A stretch of DNA of 64,000 nt from Antedon mediterranea. Its lineage: Eukaryota; Animalia; Echinodermata. The stretch lies in contig NC_092676.1 in NCBI RefSeq assembly GCF_964355755.1, positions 27,732,871 through 27,796,870 on the forward strand. Reading direction: 5' to 3'. Numbering within the stretch: the stretch's first letter is position 1; each line of letters begins with the position of its first letter. Under the pieces are notes generated by a model, which searched no databases, had not been told where the DNA came from, and was given only the letters and a program-made list of their open reading frames with translations. Position numbers and translations under genes: made by a program. Shown one piece after another: positions 48,101 to 59,904 of the stretch.

Positions 48101-51100
48101 ATTTAAGGTGTTACATAGCGGTAGACGTTTACCAGTCCATCATCTCTCTCGTACAAATAGGTTTCGTAACAGCTTTTATCCAGCTGCCATTCAGGCACTG
48201 AATGCTTGTCAGTATACCGCACGAGAGTGATGTGACACTTTGTAATTGTTTTTTTCATTTATCTGTTTTTGTATATCTCATAGCAAGCATAATTTATATG
48301 TATAAATGACAATCAATGGAATTCATTTTCCACTGATTCACGATTATTGCAGACACATCCTAATTATTTTCATCATCATTTCACAATTCTTTTACTTGGC
48401 AAGGTGCCCAATGTTAAGTTCAATCTGAGACGAACAAGTTAGGGCGCGCGAGGAAGTACACATGCGCAAAATTAATACAAATTACGTAGCTGGGTCGACG
48501 CAAACCGGTTCCCACTTGTGATTACGAAATACAGCACTTTGCGTCAATACGTCGTAGCGTTGCGTTACGTTGCGTCGCTAGTGGTAACCACGCTTTATTA
48601 AGCTATACGTACCTGAACTTCACCTGTAGCAGAGTATGCCAAGTACGGCGGTGGAATACCGTCCTGGAGTAGCTCCTCCTCATTAAATGGATCCTCACGT
48701 GAGGCAGACTCAAATAAGGGCTTAGACGACGGATCACCCGGATTGAATATCTCCACCTATAATAACAGATAAACAAACTTGGATTGAAACAGTGTATATA
48801 ATAAAACATTTTACAGTATAAGATGACAAGCTAAAATTATGATGATAATGATGATACAGGCAATTAACATTACGATTCTATAAGAATTAAGCCTTTAGGT
48901 CAATGTTTTATCATTTAAAATCTCAACTGTATTCACTATAATATCTTTGAGAAGTTAAGACTACTTTAGATTATGCAAGTCATTCGTATCAAGTCAACAT
49001 CTCAGTAACTTGACTTGTCCAAGAACATTATTTCATTTTGAAAAAAAAAACACCAATTGTTATTATAATCAACATTATTCCTTCTCATCTTTCATTATAA
49101 TGACAGATAGGCCTACATTTAAGATGCATCGTCACACCTTATCTGTCAAATTGTCATTATACAGATGTTATTAACTTACGAAATTAATCGGGTTTTTTTG
49201 CAAATTTGAAAATGAACAAATTCAAAGAAACTAGAAATACGATTATAATACATAGAGTTTAATCAAAGCTGTTTGATTACCTTGCTTTAATTATTGGTTG
49301 CCTTCGAATTTGTGAATAATATGGATATTAAAACGTTCATAAATCACTCCTGTAATATTTGCTTTTCGATTTAGTTTTGTTGACAATTGATGTCAGAAAA
49401 ATATTGCTCTTTACACTTTTAAATTAAAGAAAATTGTATGTCTCATGTGCAATTCAGTTTTTGTTTAAATGTACAGTATTTGGCGAGATAATCCTAGAAT
49501 CTTTTAACATAAACAATATACATTAAAATTAATTCCCTTATGAAAAGGACGGAGGTAATAAAAACTGAAACTGGATATCGTATAGTAGACATCAATTTCT
49601 TTTCAGTTTTGTATAAATCGTGCTTACAGTGAGGATGGCAGATCATTACATTTATTTATTGTAATTTTTGCTCATCCGCCATAAAAAATAGCATTATTCT
49701 ATTTTTTTTTTCGCGTACCGTTAACACAGTATGCAACCGGGAGTAAATTGGCCTTTAGAAAGAAATAGAAAAAGGGGTTAGGTTCGAGAACAACGACGTC
49801 TTTAGCTCGGTCTACACTATCAAACTTTATGTGACAAAAAATGTGATGTGCCCATATAATGGAGATTATGATGTCATATCACTACCATAATTAGGAATAT
49901 CACTACCACATTTATGCAAAAATCACAAAATAGTTTGATAGTGTAGACAGAGCTTAAATCTTAGGAAAAGAATTAATCTTTTATAGGAAGAAATTTGCTT
50001 TGATTTGGTCAATAAGAGTAAACATACCACCATGACAATTGTAACGTGATGATGGTCACATGATGATGGTCACGTGATAATGGTCATGTTTCTGATGTTG
50101 AAATCTCTCCCCATGATGGACCTAATTATGAAGAATATTCCATTCCTCATCGGGTCTGTGTTTGATGTTACTGATATCCATAAAATAAACATGATATTTG
50201 TAACAGAACTTTAAAAGTGCATTAAATAAATTGGATCATTACGCAAATGTATTATGTGTTTAATGATAATCGTATACTTTAGTATCAACATGTGTTTGCG
50301 GTATTTCAAAATTGTGTAATATTCTGTTTTATTATACTAATGAGATGGTTATACTCTGTAAAAGCATGAACTAACGTACATAACAATAAAAAACACAGAC
50401 TCGACACACCGTGGCCGGGCGCGATATTTCCTTTCGTACATAAGTTGGGGTCCATCATGAAACGTCACAAAATAAACATGAATATTCATATGTGTGACGT
50501 AAGAATTGAGCTAACAATTCGCTAATGCAAACGCTCTCCATCAAGCCGTCTGTCCATGGAGGTATAATACCTCCATGGACAGACGGTCTGTCTAGAATCG
50601 AGTGGAGTAAATTAAATGGACTTTACATGTCGATGTATGGGGTTTGAATCTCATGAGAAATTTCTTTTACTTTATAGAAAGAGATTATTTAGAGGTTGGG
50701 TTTAGTTATGTTTAGGAAGTATAATTCGGCTATCTTTCACATGGGGTCCACAACTTATGTACGAACAAAATCGCGGCCGGTCAAGTATTGCGCCACAACA
50801 CATGAACGTCCGCGTCATGTCACACACGAGGGAACGCCACAAAATGTCATGTCATAATACACTGATATTGCGCCAAACACTAATTTCACATTGCACACGT
50901 GATACTATCAACCTGAACAGTTCATCATTCGACGTGTCATTTGCAGTATATCACGTATTTTCTCGAGTTGTTTATGCATTCAATTGTCAGAATATATAAA
51001 TATATTTATGTCCAGTACGACATTTTGAATGATACCATGCATTTCAAACAAATTTTTTGTAAATTTAAAAATGATTGAAAGTAAGACTTACTTAATAACT

Positions 51101-53141
51101 ATTTGTAATGCGTTTTTAGGCGGCTGAAGTATATTATGTCACATTAACCACCGAAATAAGTATCGATAATAAAACATGACACCGGTATCATTGATTGAAA
51201 CGTATTTTACGCCATATTCTTAATTCAATTCAATTCAATTTTGTTTTTATAAGATACCGTACTTCTTTGTGTAATGACATGAGAGTTTTTTTAGAGTAGA
51301 ATGCACATATAGGCCTACTGGGAGAAACTTAAATAAGTCCAGTGGGCTTTAAGGCTAGTTCCACCAGAAAAAAATAATTCAAAAAGTATATAATTATTAT
51401 AAATGTTTCATAAACGAGCTTTATTCGTGGATTTAAGTATAACTTAAAATAATCGAAAAAGAATGATACGTTTATATAACTCATTTAGAGAATTTTTATT
51501 ATGCATTAGTATCTGAAATAATGAATAAATGAATAGCCCAACTGTAGTTCGTTTTCAGAATAGGACCATGAGCTTAAATTCCAATTTACACAGACGAGCG
51601 GTAACAGTAAGCGGAAAACCGCGTAGCGTGTCCGTCTTAATCTGTATAGCTATCCTGATATTTAGTGTAAACCGCCCGTCCGCTCCGCGTTGTGTAAATT
51701 ATCATAAGAAATAAGATAAATTCGATATTTATTACCGTTATCGATCGTCTGTGTAAATTGGCCTTTATAGGCATATAAATATTGAATGAACCTATTGCAT
51801 AATTACCTTGTTTCTGTCTGGTGACGTGGGATGTGGTGGGTGTTGAAGCAACACCTTATAAGGTAGAAGCTTGACAGTGTCTAGGCCCTGATCTAACCAC
51901 GTTTTCTGAATAAACTGAGCCCCAGACAAATCGTTCTCCGTACCAGCAACGTGCGGCTTAGTCGTGAGAATTCTAGGAAATTAAACAAGAATCTATGAAG
52001 AGAATGTTTAGTTATTTGATAACTATGCAGAGCAAGTATTTGTCTTTATGTCGTCGTGCGCGCGCGCGTCGTCAGCACATTTTTTTTCGAAATATCATCT
52101 TGCAATCTTTTGGGGTTAAAAATTATAGATACCTGGATTTTAACCAAAAAGTATTGTGGGCGTTGGAAATGTGATAGTGTGAAAAGGTCTCTATATCTCA
52201 TTAGTTCTGCATGAGTGTATATGTGTAGGCCTATCGGTTTTGGATATGGTTTTGCCATAAAGTAGTTAGATAATTAGTGGATATTATTACGCAATAATAA
52301 TGTTGCTTAATGACGTTTAAATATATTGTTAGTTGTTATTACTTTTTTTTACATTATTATACATAATATACAGAATCGTTTAATCCGACGAATTTCAAAC
52401 GAACATATGTTTTAAATCGTATTTAGGGCCACATGTAGAGAAGAGTTCAAACGTCATCAAATATATAAATTGTATTTTATGTTGTGTAATGTTTCTTCTT
52501 TCTCCTCTGGAACAAAATGATTTCTGGACATTTCGACTCGTTTAATCGACGATTCCATTCATTTTCCTCAGCCCCTCCTGTTTCGATTCATGGTTGAAGC
52601 TCGAAATGCAGTCTTATTTATTTCATTCCCATACAAATCTTTTTTGGCTGTTGCGGGTGCAAAATTCACCGGAAAGAATATCTTTACTTTCCTGACACAT
52701 ACTGTAAAGCTCTGTCTACACTATCACACTTTATGTGACAAAAACAAAATGTGTCACACCACTATCATATTTGGGCATCACTACCATTTTGAGCACATCA
52801 CACTTTTTGTGTCAAACTATTTTGATAGTGTAGACAACAGCGTGTATTCTATAGCCTGCAAATGTTTAAGTTTGAGGATTCTTTCCATTTTATAGTATTT
52901 TACTCGACTGACACATTTAAGAATTTTGACCTAGACTGATAAAATTCACTTACTTTAGGTTATTCCGAATGTTATTTGAGTTGATCTCATTCATTATCCG
53001 ATCCCTTATACCTTCATCGGCTTCCCGAGACTCCGGATTCTCCGCCTTCATCCGTCCAACAACAAATCCGATACCGATACCAATACCGATACCAACTACC
53101 AGCATCACAACAACCGCGCACACAACATGTCGTCGGTCCAT
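36177..53141 (-). CDS. Glutamate carboxypeptidase II / NAALADase-like M28B metallopeptidase, type II membrane protein, 18 exons
   Basis: Approximate exons 52954-53141, 51807-51972, 48613-48756, 47906-48031, 47164-47338, 46687-46777, 46170-46259, 45821-45907, 44991-45110, 44704-44786, 44378-44441, 44022-44089, 39819-39925, 38564-38654, 37411-37669, 37148-37229, 36809-36913, 36177-36345; N-terminal TM helix, PHVAGT, PA domain (GDPLTPGYP), zinc/catalytic motifs [41 protein letters not shown], TfR-like dimerisation tail RHVLFAP. Confidence 0.93.
36641..36760. repeat. (GT/GGGT/GCGT)n microsatellite
   Basis: Directly visible. Confidence 0.9.
37722..38360. mobile_element. Cluster of about four adjacent palindromic MITEs (family 2 and relatives)
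   Basis: Successive TIR pairs ggtt(c/t)c(c/a)cact..., joined at aaccaagcct-taa-agcgtggttcccact and aaccaagct-taa-gcgtggttc. Confidence 0.75.
40199..43919 (-). mobile_element. ~3.7 kb non-autonomous EnSpm/CACTA-like DNA transposon in a NAALADase intron
   Basis: Imperfect TIRs ctctcttaatgtaaaagagtgaaaa / ttttcactcgtttacaataagagag, TA on both sides, many subterminal cactcttt/aaagagtg repeats; spliced accessory-gene relic inside; no transposase seen. Confidence 0.8.
40974..43659 (-). pseudogene. Spliced EnSpm accessory-protein (SAMD3-like C-terminal domain) pseudogene
   Basis: GT-AG exons ~43603-43659, 42153-42317, 41848-41927, 41542-41675, 40974-41231: IEWMKYHP...[13 protein letters not shown] / [21 protein letters not shown] / VLALMLPS / QPFLLALG...YFLVCD...[15 protein letters not shown]; in-frame TGA at 42156-42158 and a stop/frameshift in exon 1. 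Family assignment is from recalled similarity only. Confidence 0.6.
48115..48325 (+). mobile_element. LINE 3' fragment
   Basis: Reads [19 protein letters not shown], similar to the C-terminus of the 60127-63069 ORF (TARFSNSPIPYFIRLLNA), then a T-rich UTR. Confidence 0.55.
50412..50781. mobile_element. MITE with ~35-bp TIRs; a left-end copy also lies at ~20030-20118
   Basis: ggccgggcgcgatatttcctttcgtacataagttgg vs caacttatgtacgaacaaaatcgcggccggtc; shared aaacgtcacaaaat.aacatgaatattcata. Confidence 0.6.
51575..51765. mobile_element. Palindromic MITE (Harbinger-like)
   Basis: ccaatttacacagacga.cggtaac ... gttatcgatcgtctgtgtaaattgg inverted ends. Confidence 0.6.
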
Positions 53142-55419
53142 TTTCAAACAAGAAACTGGAGGTACGGAAGGCGTGGGGTTTACGGTGCAAGGGTGACCTG
53201 GAGGAGGTTGGTTCTAGAAATAATACAACAAAATATTTCAGATGAATATTTTCAATGAATGCGAGTAGGCTACATGCCCACGACAATCGAACCAAAAGTT
53301 TTGTTTAGGGAGATGGGATGTAAATTTCCGCTAGTAGGTATTGTCATTATGAACTCTAAATCTCTGTCTACACTATCACACTTTATGTGACAAAATAATG
53401 TGATGTCTCCATATATGGACATGATGATGTCATCACTACCATATTTAAGCATATCACTACCATATTTGGGTACATCACAATACCGTTTGATAGTGTAGAC
53501 AGAAATTTAATTAATATACATTTATACAGTACGTTTATTGTTAACACACGATATTAATAATGAACACCGTTCCCATGAGAATAGTTAAAACCGTGAAGAG
53601 GTCGTAAAATATGTAAGTGTTCTATTTTTCATAATCTTCCATCGTTATGCTTAGCAGTGTTTTGCTATTTTAACATTTTTTATTTCATTTTTTTGCTAAG
53701 CAACATAACGTGACGAAAATTCGCGCTTTCTTTACCATGTGATATGTACAAATAAGGTAGTGTGACATCATCATGTCCATATATGGGCACATCTCATTTT
53801 TTTGTCACATAAGTTTGATAGTGTAGACAAGGCTTAATACATTGCTGAGGGAGTCACATTGTTGGTTTAAGGTCACTCCATACTCAATTCGGCCCAGTGG
53901 GTTCCATGTATCGTGCTGAGAGTACAGTATATTCAAATGTATGCAATATTTTGTGAATTGGTGGAACTTTCCAGACCGGTGTTATTAAATCACAACACAA
54001 TAAATAACATTTGTCATTATATTGAATTCTATATAGCACGTAGGAGGAGACGCACAACATATAATTATGAGTAGTACAATAGTACAGAAAACTATATTAG
54101 GGGGTCCGGGACACCGTCGAGACTCAACAGAAAACTGTCCCTAAAGCTCTGTCTACACAATCAAACTTTATGTGAAAATGCCATGTGCCCAAATATGGCA
54201 GTGATATGCACAATGACACCATCAAGTCCATATATGGGCACATCACATCTGTTGTCACATAAAGTTTGATAGTGTAGGGGTAGGCCGATTTCCCCTCATT
54301 CATTTTACGGGAAAGTGTTCTATAGTTGATAGGTGTGTGGTCCCCTGGGTATCCTTAAAGGTTCTATACTATATACTTACGATTTGAAGAAAGTAGCCAC
54401 AGGCCTACCCACACGGGAGGAGACGCTTATCTTCTATGACTAAACATCGGAGAAGAAAATAACTAAATAGCTCAGAAAGAAAAATTATCATCCAAGTTCA
54501 AGATGCATATCGAACTCTGTCTGTATCTTGTCAGTGCAGTATTAAAAAGCTTCAGAGACATGAATAAACATATCGAATATCTACACTGTGACGTCATGTG
54601 AAACAGATGAAGCGTTACATTATTATTAAAGGCTAGCTCCGGGGCCGGCACTGATAATAACTCCACTTATTTTTCTTCAGCAGTAAAGAAACAAGTGTCG
54701 TGTAATTTTTAAAAAGTGATGCAGGCCACGACGTTTTAATGTTAAGATAGATAACAATGATTGTCATTTATGTAAATTTAATGGAATTTTCTTAGTAAAA
54801 TAAAGTAAATCAAACCAGGGAGTTGTTACAACTCCCTGATCAAACAATAATCACTTACAAACTAGGACAATCCTTTAAAAAGCCGGAGCTACCCTTTAAG
54901 TTGGATGGTCACATGGTGCATAAACGAACGTCTAAACCAATCAGTAAACACTTTCTTTTATGGGTAATTTTCATTCGTCGTGTTTCATTTGATATTCTGT
55001 GGAATGTTTGTTATTGCGGTGGGTGTACGTGCATATTTTGTATAAAACATTAATTGAAATTTTAAAAGACGGAGATATAATAATGGACAATTTAATATAA
55101 TACATGGATATTTTGATATATAAGATATTTGAACTGCAGCGCTATGTAATAATTTATATCTATAATTTTAAAATAAATAGGATAATTGCAACTAGAGTGA
55201 TTACGTAACAATTACTTTCAACAACTTTTGTCTAGAGGTCTCACTACTTCACGGTTACACACACCGTACCCACACACACCCACGTCAGCTTCCTGTGACG
55301 TAAAAGTCATTGAACTATATCCGCTCGACAAACATTTTGTCAACAGACTGAGAGTGTTTACTGGACCGGTTTTTGTTTTTTGGTTCGAAGGTTTTCCCTC
55401 TGTCGAAAAGTAGGTACGA

Positions 55420-58400
55420 ATGTGGGACGTTGTTTCTCTCCACGTATCCTTCATGTTCTTCATTTGTCGAACACGGGGTTCTCGAAAACGCTGCAAAACT
55501 AGTATATATTTATTAACTTTTATTTCATTAGTTTTAGCTGGATTTTATGGGATTTACACTGGTGGTAGTGTGAAGCAAACGGACCGCGACACGCCTTTAC
55601 GGCGAGTAGTGCAAGGTAGTAGGGACCATCATGTAGGCCCAGCCCAGGGCCTACCGCTACCACCTGAAGATCTGTTGCATAATAATCTTCAAAAAGAACA
55701 GAACATTAACAATATTTTTCAAAATAACAATGGTGTAAATAATCCAGAAAGATCATTAGATACAAATCAGGAAAAACATAAAATTTCTTTTGAAAGTGAT
55801 GATAAATATCCTGGTTTTGATAAGCCATGGAAAAAGTTTCCAGATCCGATTATCCTTGAGCCACAAGAGATTGCTGCTCAGAATGTTGAAAATCAAGTTC
55901 ATAACGCAGGCCTAGCAGCCCCACAAGTTAATAACGCAGGCCTTGATGCACCCCAAGTTCCTAAACAAGTGCCTGTTGCTGCCGCAAATGTCAATGCAGT
56001 GAAAAACGAAAGAGAAGTGAATCCAGAGATTGAGAAACCACCAGCAAGGAGCTATGTTGTTGATCATAGGTAAATTGTTGTTTTATATCACCCCATCTCA
56101 AACCACAGTCCTACTCTTCCCCCTTTTTATGCAGAATTATTAATAAATTAACGCGTATTATATACTTTGGTTGACCTCATCAAATCCATGTTCAATATTT
56201 ATTCAGCGATCCATGTTCTAATGTGACTAAAAATTATACAATACAACTTTATAAATTTGTGAATATTTAAATTTCTTTTTCAAATAGAATCCATGTTGCT
56301 GTTGTGTGCTGCGGCGACAGATCAGAGGAAACGGTAGTGATGTTGAAAACTGCAGTTATAAACACACAACAAAAACTTGTCTTTCATATATTTGCTGAAG
56401 AGGAGTTAAAACCAGGCTTATCACAAATGGTAAGATTACAAGTAGTCATTTTTTTCATATTACAGTATATAACCAGTTTCGAATAGAGGAGGATATTTGT
56501 GTATATGGTGGTGTCTATGGCACCAACATTTTTGCATTTTTTTTCCTCTTGAGTTCGGGGATAGCGCAAGGGGAATGCATGCCCCTTCCCCATATGACAG
56601 CTAAAATATGAAATACATTTAACAGAATATTACTTAGTGCTCCTCTGTTAAAAAAATTACTGGATGTACCCATGTAGTATATTATAAAAGGCCTAATAAT
56701 ATACTATAAAATTTTATTTGAGAATCAAAATGTGTGTTGTGCAATATTAATATCTTATCATACACTACTTTATATTGTTATGTTACAGCTGGAATCTTGG
56801 CCAGTTTCTTTCCAAGCAAAGATGGAGTACATGCTTCACTCGATTCAGTTCCCTAAAGGTGAAAACCCAGAAGAATGGAAGAAAATGTTTAAAACATGTG
56901 CAACACAGAGGCTCTTTTTACCTGTAAGCAGAAACATGTGATGTAAAAAAAAACCAAAAAGGTGGCTAATATCCCAGGGTGGGCTTATAAACAAGGATGG
57001 AAATTCTTGCCACAAAACAAGTCTAGAAATGAATGAGGAAAATAAATATGAGGAACATCTTAAAATATGATTAAACAGAATATTTTGCACCTTTAAAACA
57101 ACTTTTTTATTATTATGTATTTTTTCAAACTACAAGAATTGTGCCTTTGCTGCAAAAGAGAAAACAATAAATTATTATTATTAACACCAGTGTGGAATTA
57201 CAAGACAGGGCTTATTTACACAAGGATGGGGTTGTTATACCACATTAAAAAAAACTCAAAAGGGTTGCTTATATCCCAGAATGGGCTTATATACAAGGAT
57301 GGCTTACACTACATTAGTATGTGAGTATCATTGATTTTCATCTTTATCTTTCAGGACATTTTAAAAGATGTTGATTCGTTGTTGTATGTGGACACAGACA
57401 TCCTGTTCATCCAGCCGTTGGATGCAATTTGGTCATTTTTTAAAGAGTTCAACGCAACGCAAATAGCAGCACTAACTCCTGAGCATGAAATAAAAAACAT
57501 TGGGTGGTACAACCGCTTCGCCCGTCATCCTTATTATGGCATGACCGGCCTGAATTCAGGCGTTATGCTCATGAATCTAACGAGGATGCGCGCGTTTGGA
57601 TGGACGCAAAAAATAGTGCCTATATATCGTGAATACAAGATGAAAATCACATGGGGTGATCAAGATTTAATTAATATTTTATTTCATTTTCATCCAGGTA
57701 AGTTTCTGTTCTGTTTATATTTATAGTGTGCTATGTGATGTGCATTGTATACAGTATTCTGTCTGCAGCTCTGTCTGCACTATCAAACTCTATGTGAGAA
57801 ATAAATGTGATGTGCCCATATATGGACATGATGATGTCATATCACTACCATATTTTGGCATATCACTACCATATTTGGGCATATCACACTTTTTTTTGTC
57901 AAACTAGTTTGATAGTGTAGACTGCTTGAAATGACTGTGAAATGAATGAGGGGTCATTTTTAGCACTCACATTTAGCACTTAGCATTCAACTCCTATTCA
58001 GGAGACACCTATTAATGGGATACTTGTTGGATCCCAAAGATGTCCTCTTTATACTAAAGCGTGAGGATGTAAGCACAGAAGGTTTAATAGACGGAGCTTT
58101 ATACTTGCTGATGGTTAAAAAAGGGCAAGTCCAATAATTAGGATCACTACTTGTACCAAAATATCATTTTTCAGATCGTGTATTCGTTTATCCGTGTGAG
58201 TGGAACTTTCGACCGGATCACTGCATGTACACCAACAATTGTCATCGGATAAATGATCATGGAATCGCAGTGATTCACGGTAACCGGGGCGTGTATCACA
58301 ACGAAAAACAGTGGCCGTTTAGGATGATATATGAAAGTTTTTTAAATGTAAGTAATGCAACTTGCCCTTTCTGTGTGTTTATGTGAAAAGTGGTACATAT

Positions 58401-59228
58401 TACAATTAGTTGTTGCAGTGGAGCTGTTGAATGGTTGTTAACATGCTTGCCTTCCAATCCCAATGTCCGGGGTTCAATTCTGACCTGGTCAATTGTTCTA
58501 AATTCTTTGGTATTTGAAAATCCTTAGTATAATTACAGTTCACTGTCAAATAACAAGAGTGAATGGTTTATTTCATATTTAAAACAACTAAAAAATAACT
58601 GTAACCGATTTGTTTTTCTTCAGACAATAGAATCCTACAGTACATTTAATGCTGAATATTTTGACATTCAGCAGCTCACTTTACTAGTTAGTTTAAATAC
58701 ACAAAGCATTACATTGTTCAAAGGTCAAAGGTCAAATTAATGTTTTTTTAATAAATAACCATATCTTACGAGTAGTGTTATAATTTTTAGAACAGTAAAA
58801 AAATAAATTTTAGTTGAGTTATATTCAGCATAGTATCATTATGTAAGCGCCAGGCATTTTGACAATATTTTATAGAATTAATGAAAGTTCTGGCCATGTA
58901 CATGATAATTTCATTTGTGAGTAAAATATAGATTTATTGCGACCTTATTATGCCAAAAATAAAGGTTATTCGAAAATTAAGAATACAGAGTGTATGAACA
59001 GACAGATGCTAGCAAAAATAACTACTAAATAAAAAAAAAAACAAACATTATTGAATACTTCTTTTTTTTCAGTATCAATTAGGAACGACAACAGCAATGC
59101 ACCTAATTCAACCTTTACAACGAAAATTATCAGAACCAAAATCTATAAATTTATATTGTGGAAAAACGTTAATTCAACCTTTGGTGTCCACACTAAGAAA
59201 AGCATGTCAAGAAAACAATAACTTATAA
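55420..59228 (+). CDS. GXYLT1: Glucoside xylosyltransferase (GT8 family, GXYLT1/2 / Shams-like), 6 exons
   Basis: Exons 55420-56069, 56288-56429, 56789-56923, 57355-57697, 58175-58347, 59073-59228; TM helix and stem, [35 protein letters not shown] (DxD), [45 protein letters not shown]. Start could be the ATG at ~55454; GXYLT1 vs GXYLT2 cannot be distinguished in an invertebrate. Confidence 0.92.
58418..58500 (+). mobile_element. Degenerate tRNA(Gly-like)-derived SINE head; a similar relic lies at ~39562-39640
   Basis: gcttgccttccaa anticodon-arm-like sequence and ggggttcaattc B box. Confidence 0.4.
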
Positions 59229-59904
59229 TTAATAAGGTGGTAGGTATAACAATGATTTATAGATATAAATGATTTATGAAGGTGGTGTGGTGGTGGTAGG
59301 TATTGGGAGAAAAGATGGTGGAGGTTTAAAATCATGTGTTTTTAACAAAATAATTGGATATTTTTCATGAATGCTAAATATGAGTCTCCCTCTTTTCAGT
59401 CCACAATTGCTTGGTGGACTGTAGCAATTTGGTTCTAAAAATAAATAAAAATTGTCAAATAAAGCTGAACGTGCAATATAACCATTAAATATCACTTTTT
59501 CCATTAGTAAATTCTATATTGAACAGCACATGATACAAAATAACCAATGAAATGGCAAGACAGTGTTATAACACAAAATAATTAACAAATGAAAATCTAA
59601 TTACACAAGAGATTGATAGATTAATGATTGATCATTACTAAATAAAACAATATTAAAATGAGACCAAATGAAATTTGCATTCCATGTGGTGAATGAATTA
59701 TAATACAGAATTAGATTTCTAAAGACAAAGTAATTAAAGTAATTATTGAAACATTGTAAAATATTTACAATAAGGATTATATACTTTTTATATTACATAT
59801 TTATCTTGGATTGTGAATGACGACTGCCCTACTTAAGCTCTGTCTACGCTCAAACTTTATGTGTTAACAAAATGTGATGTCCCCATATATGGACATGATG
59901 ATCA

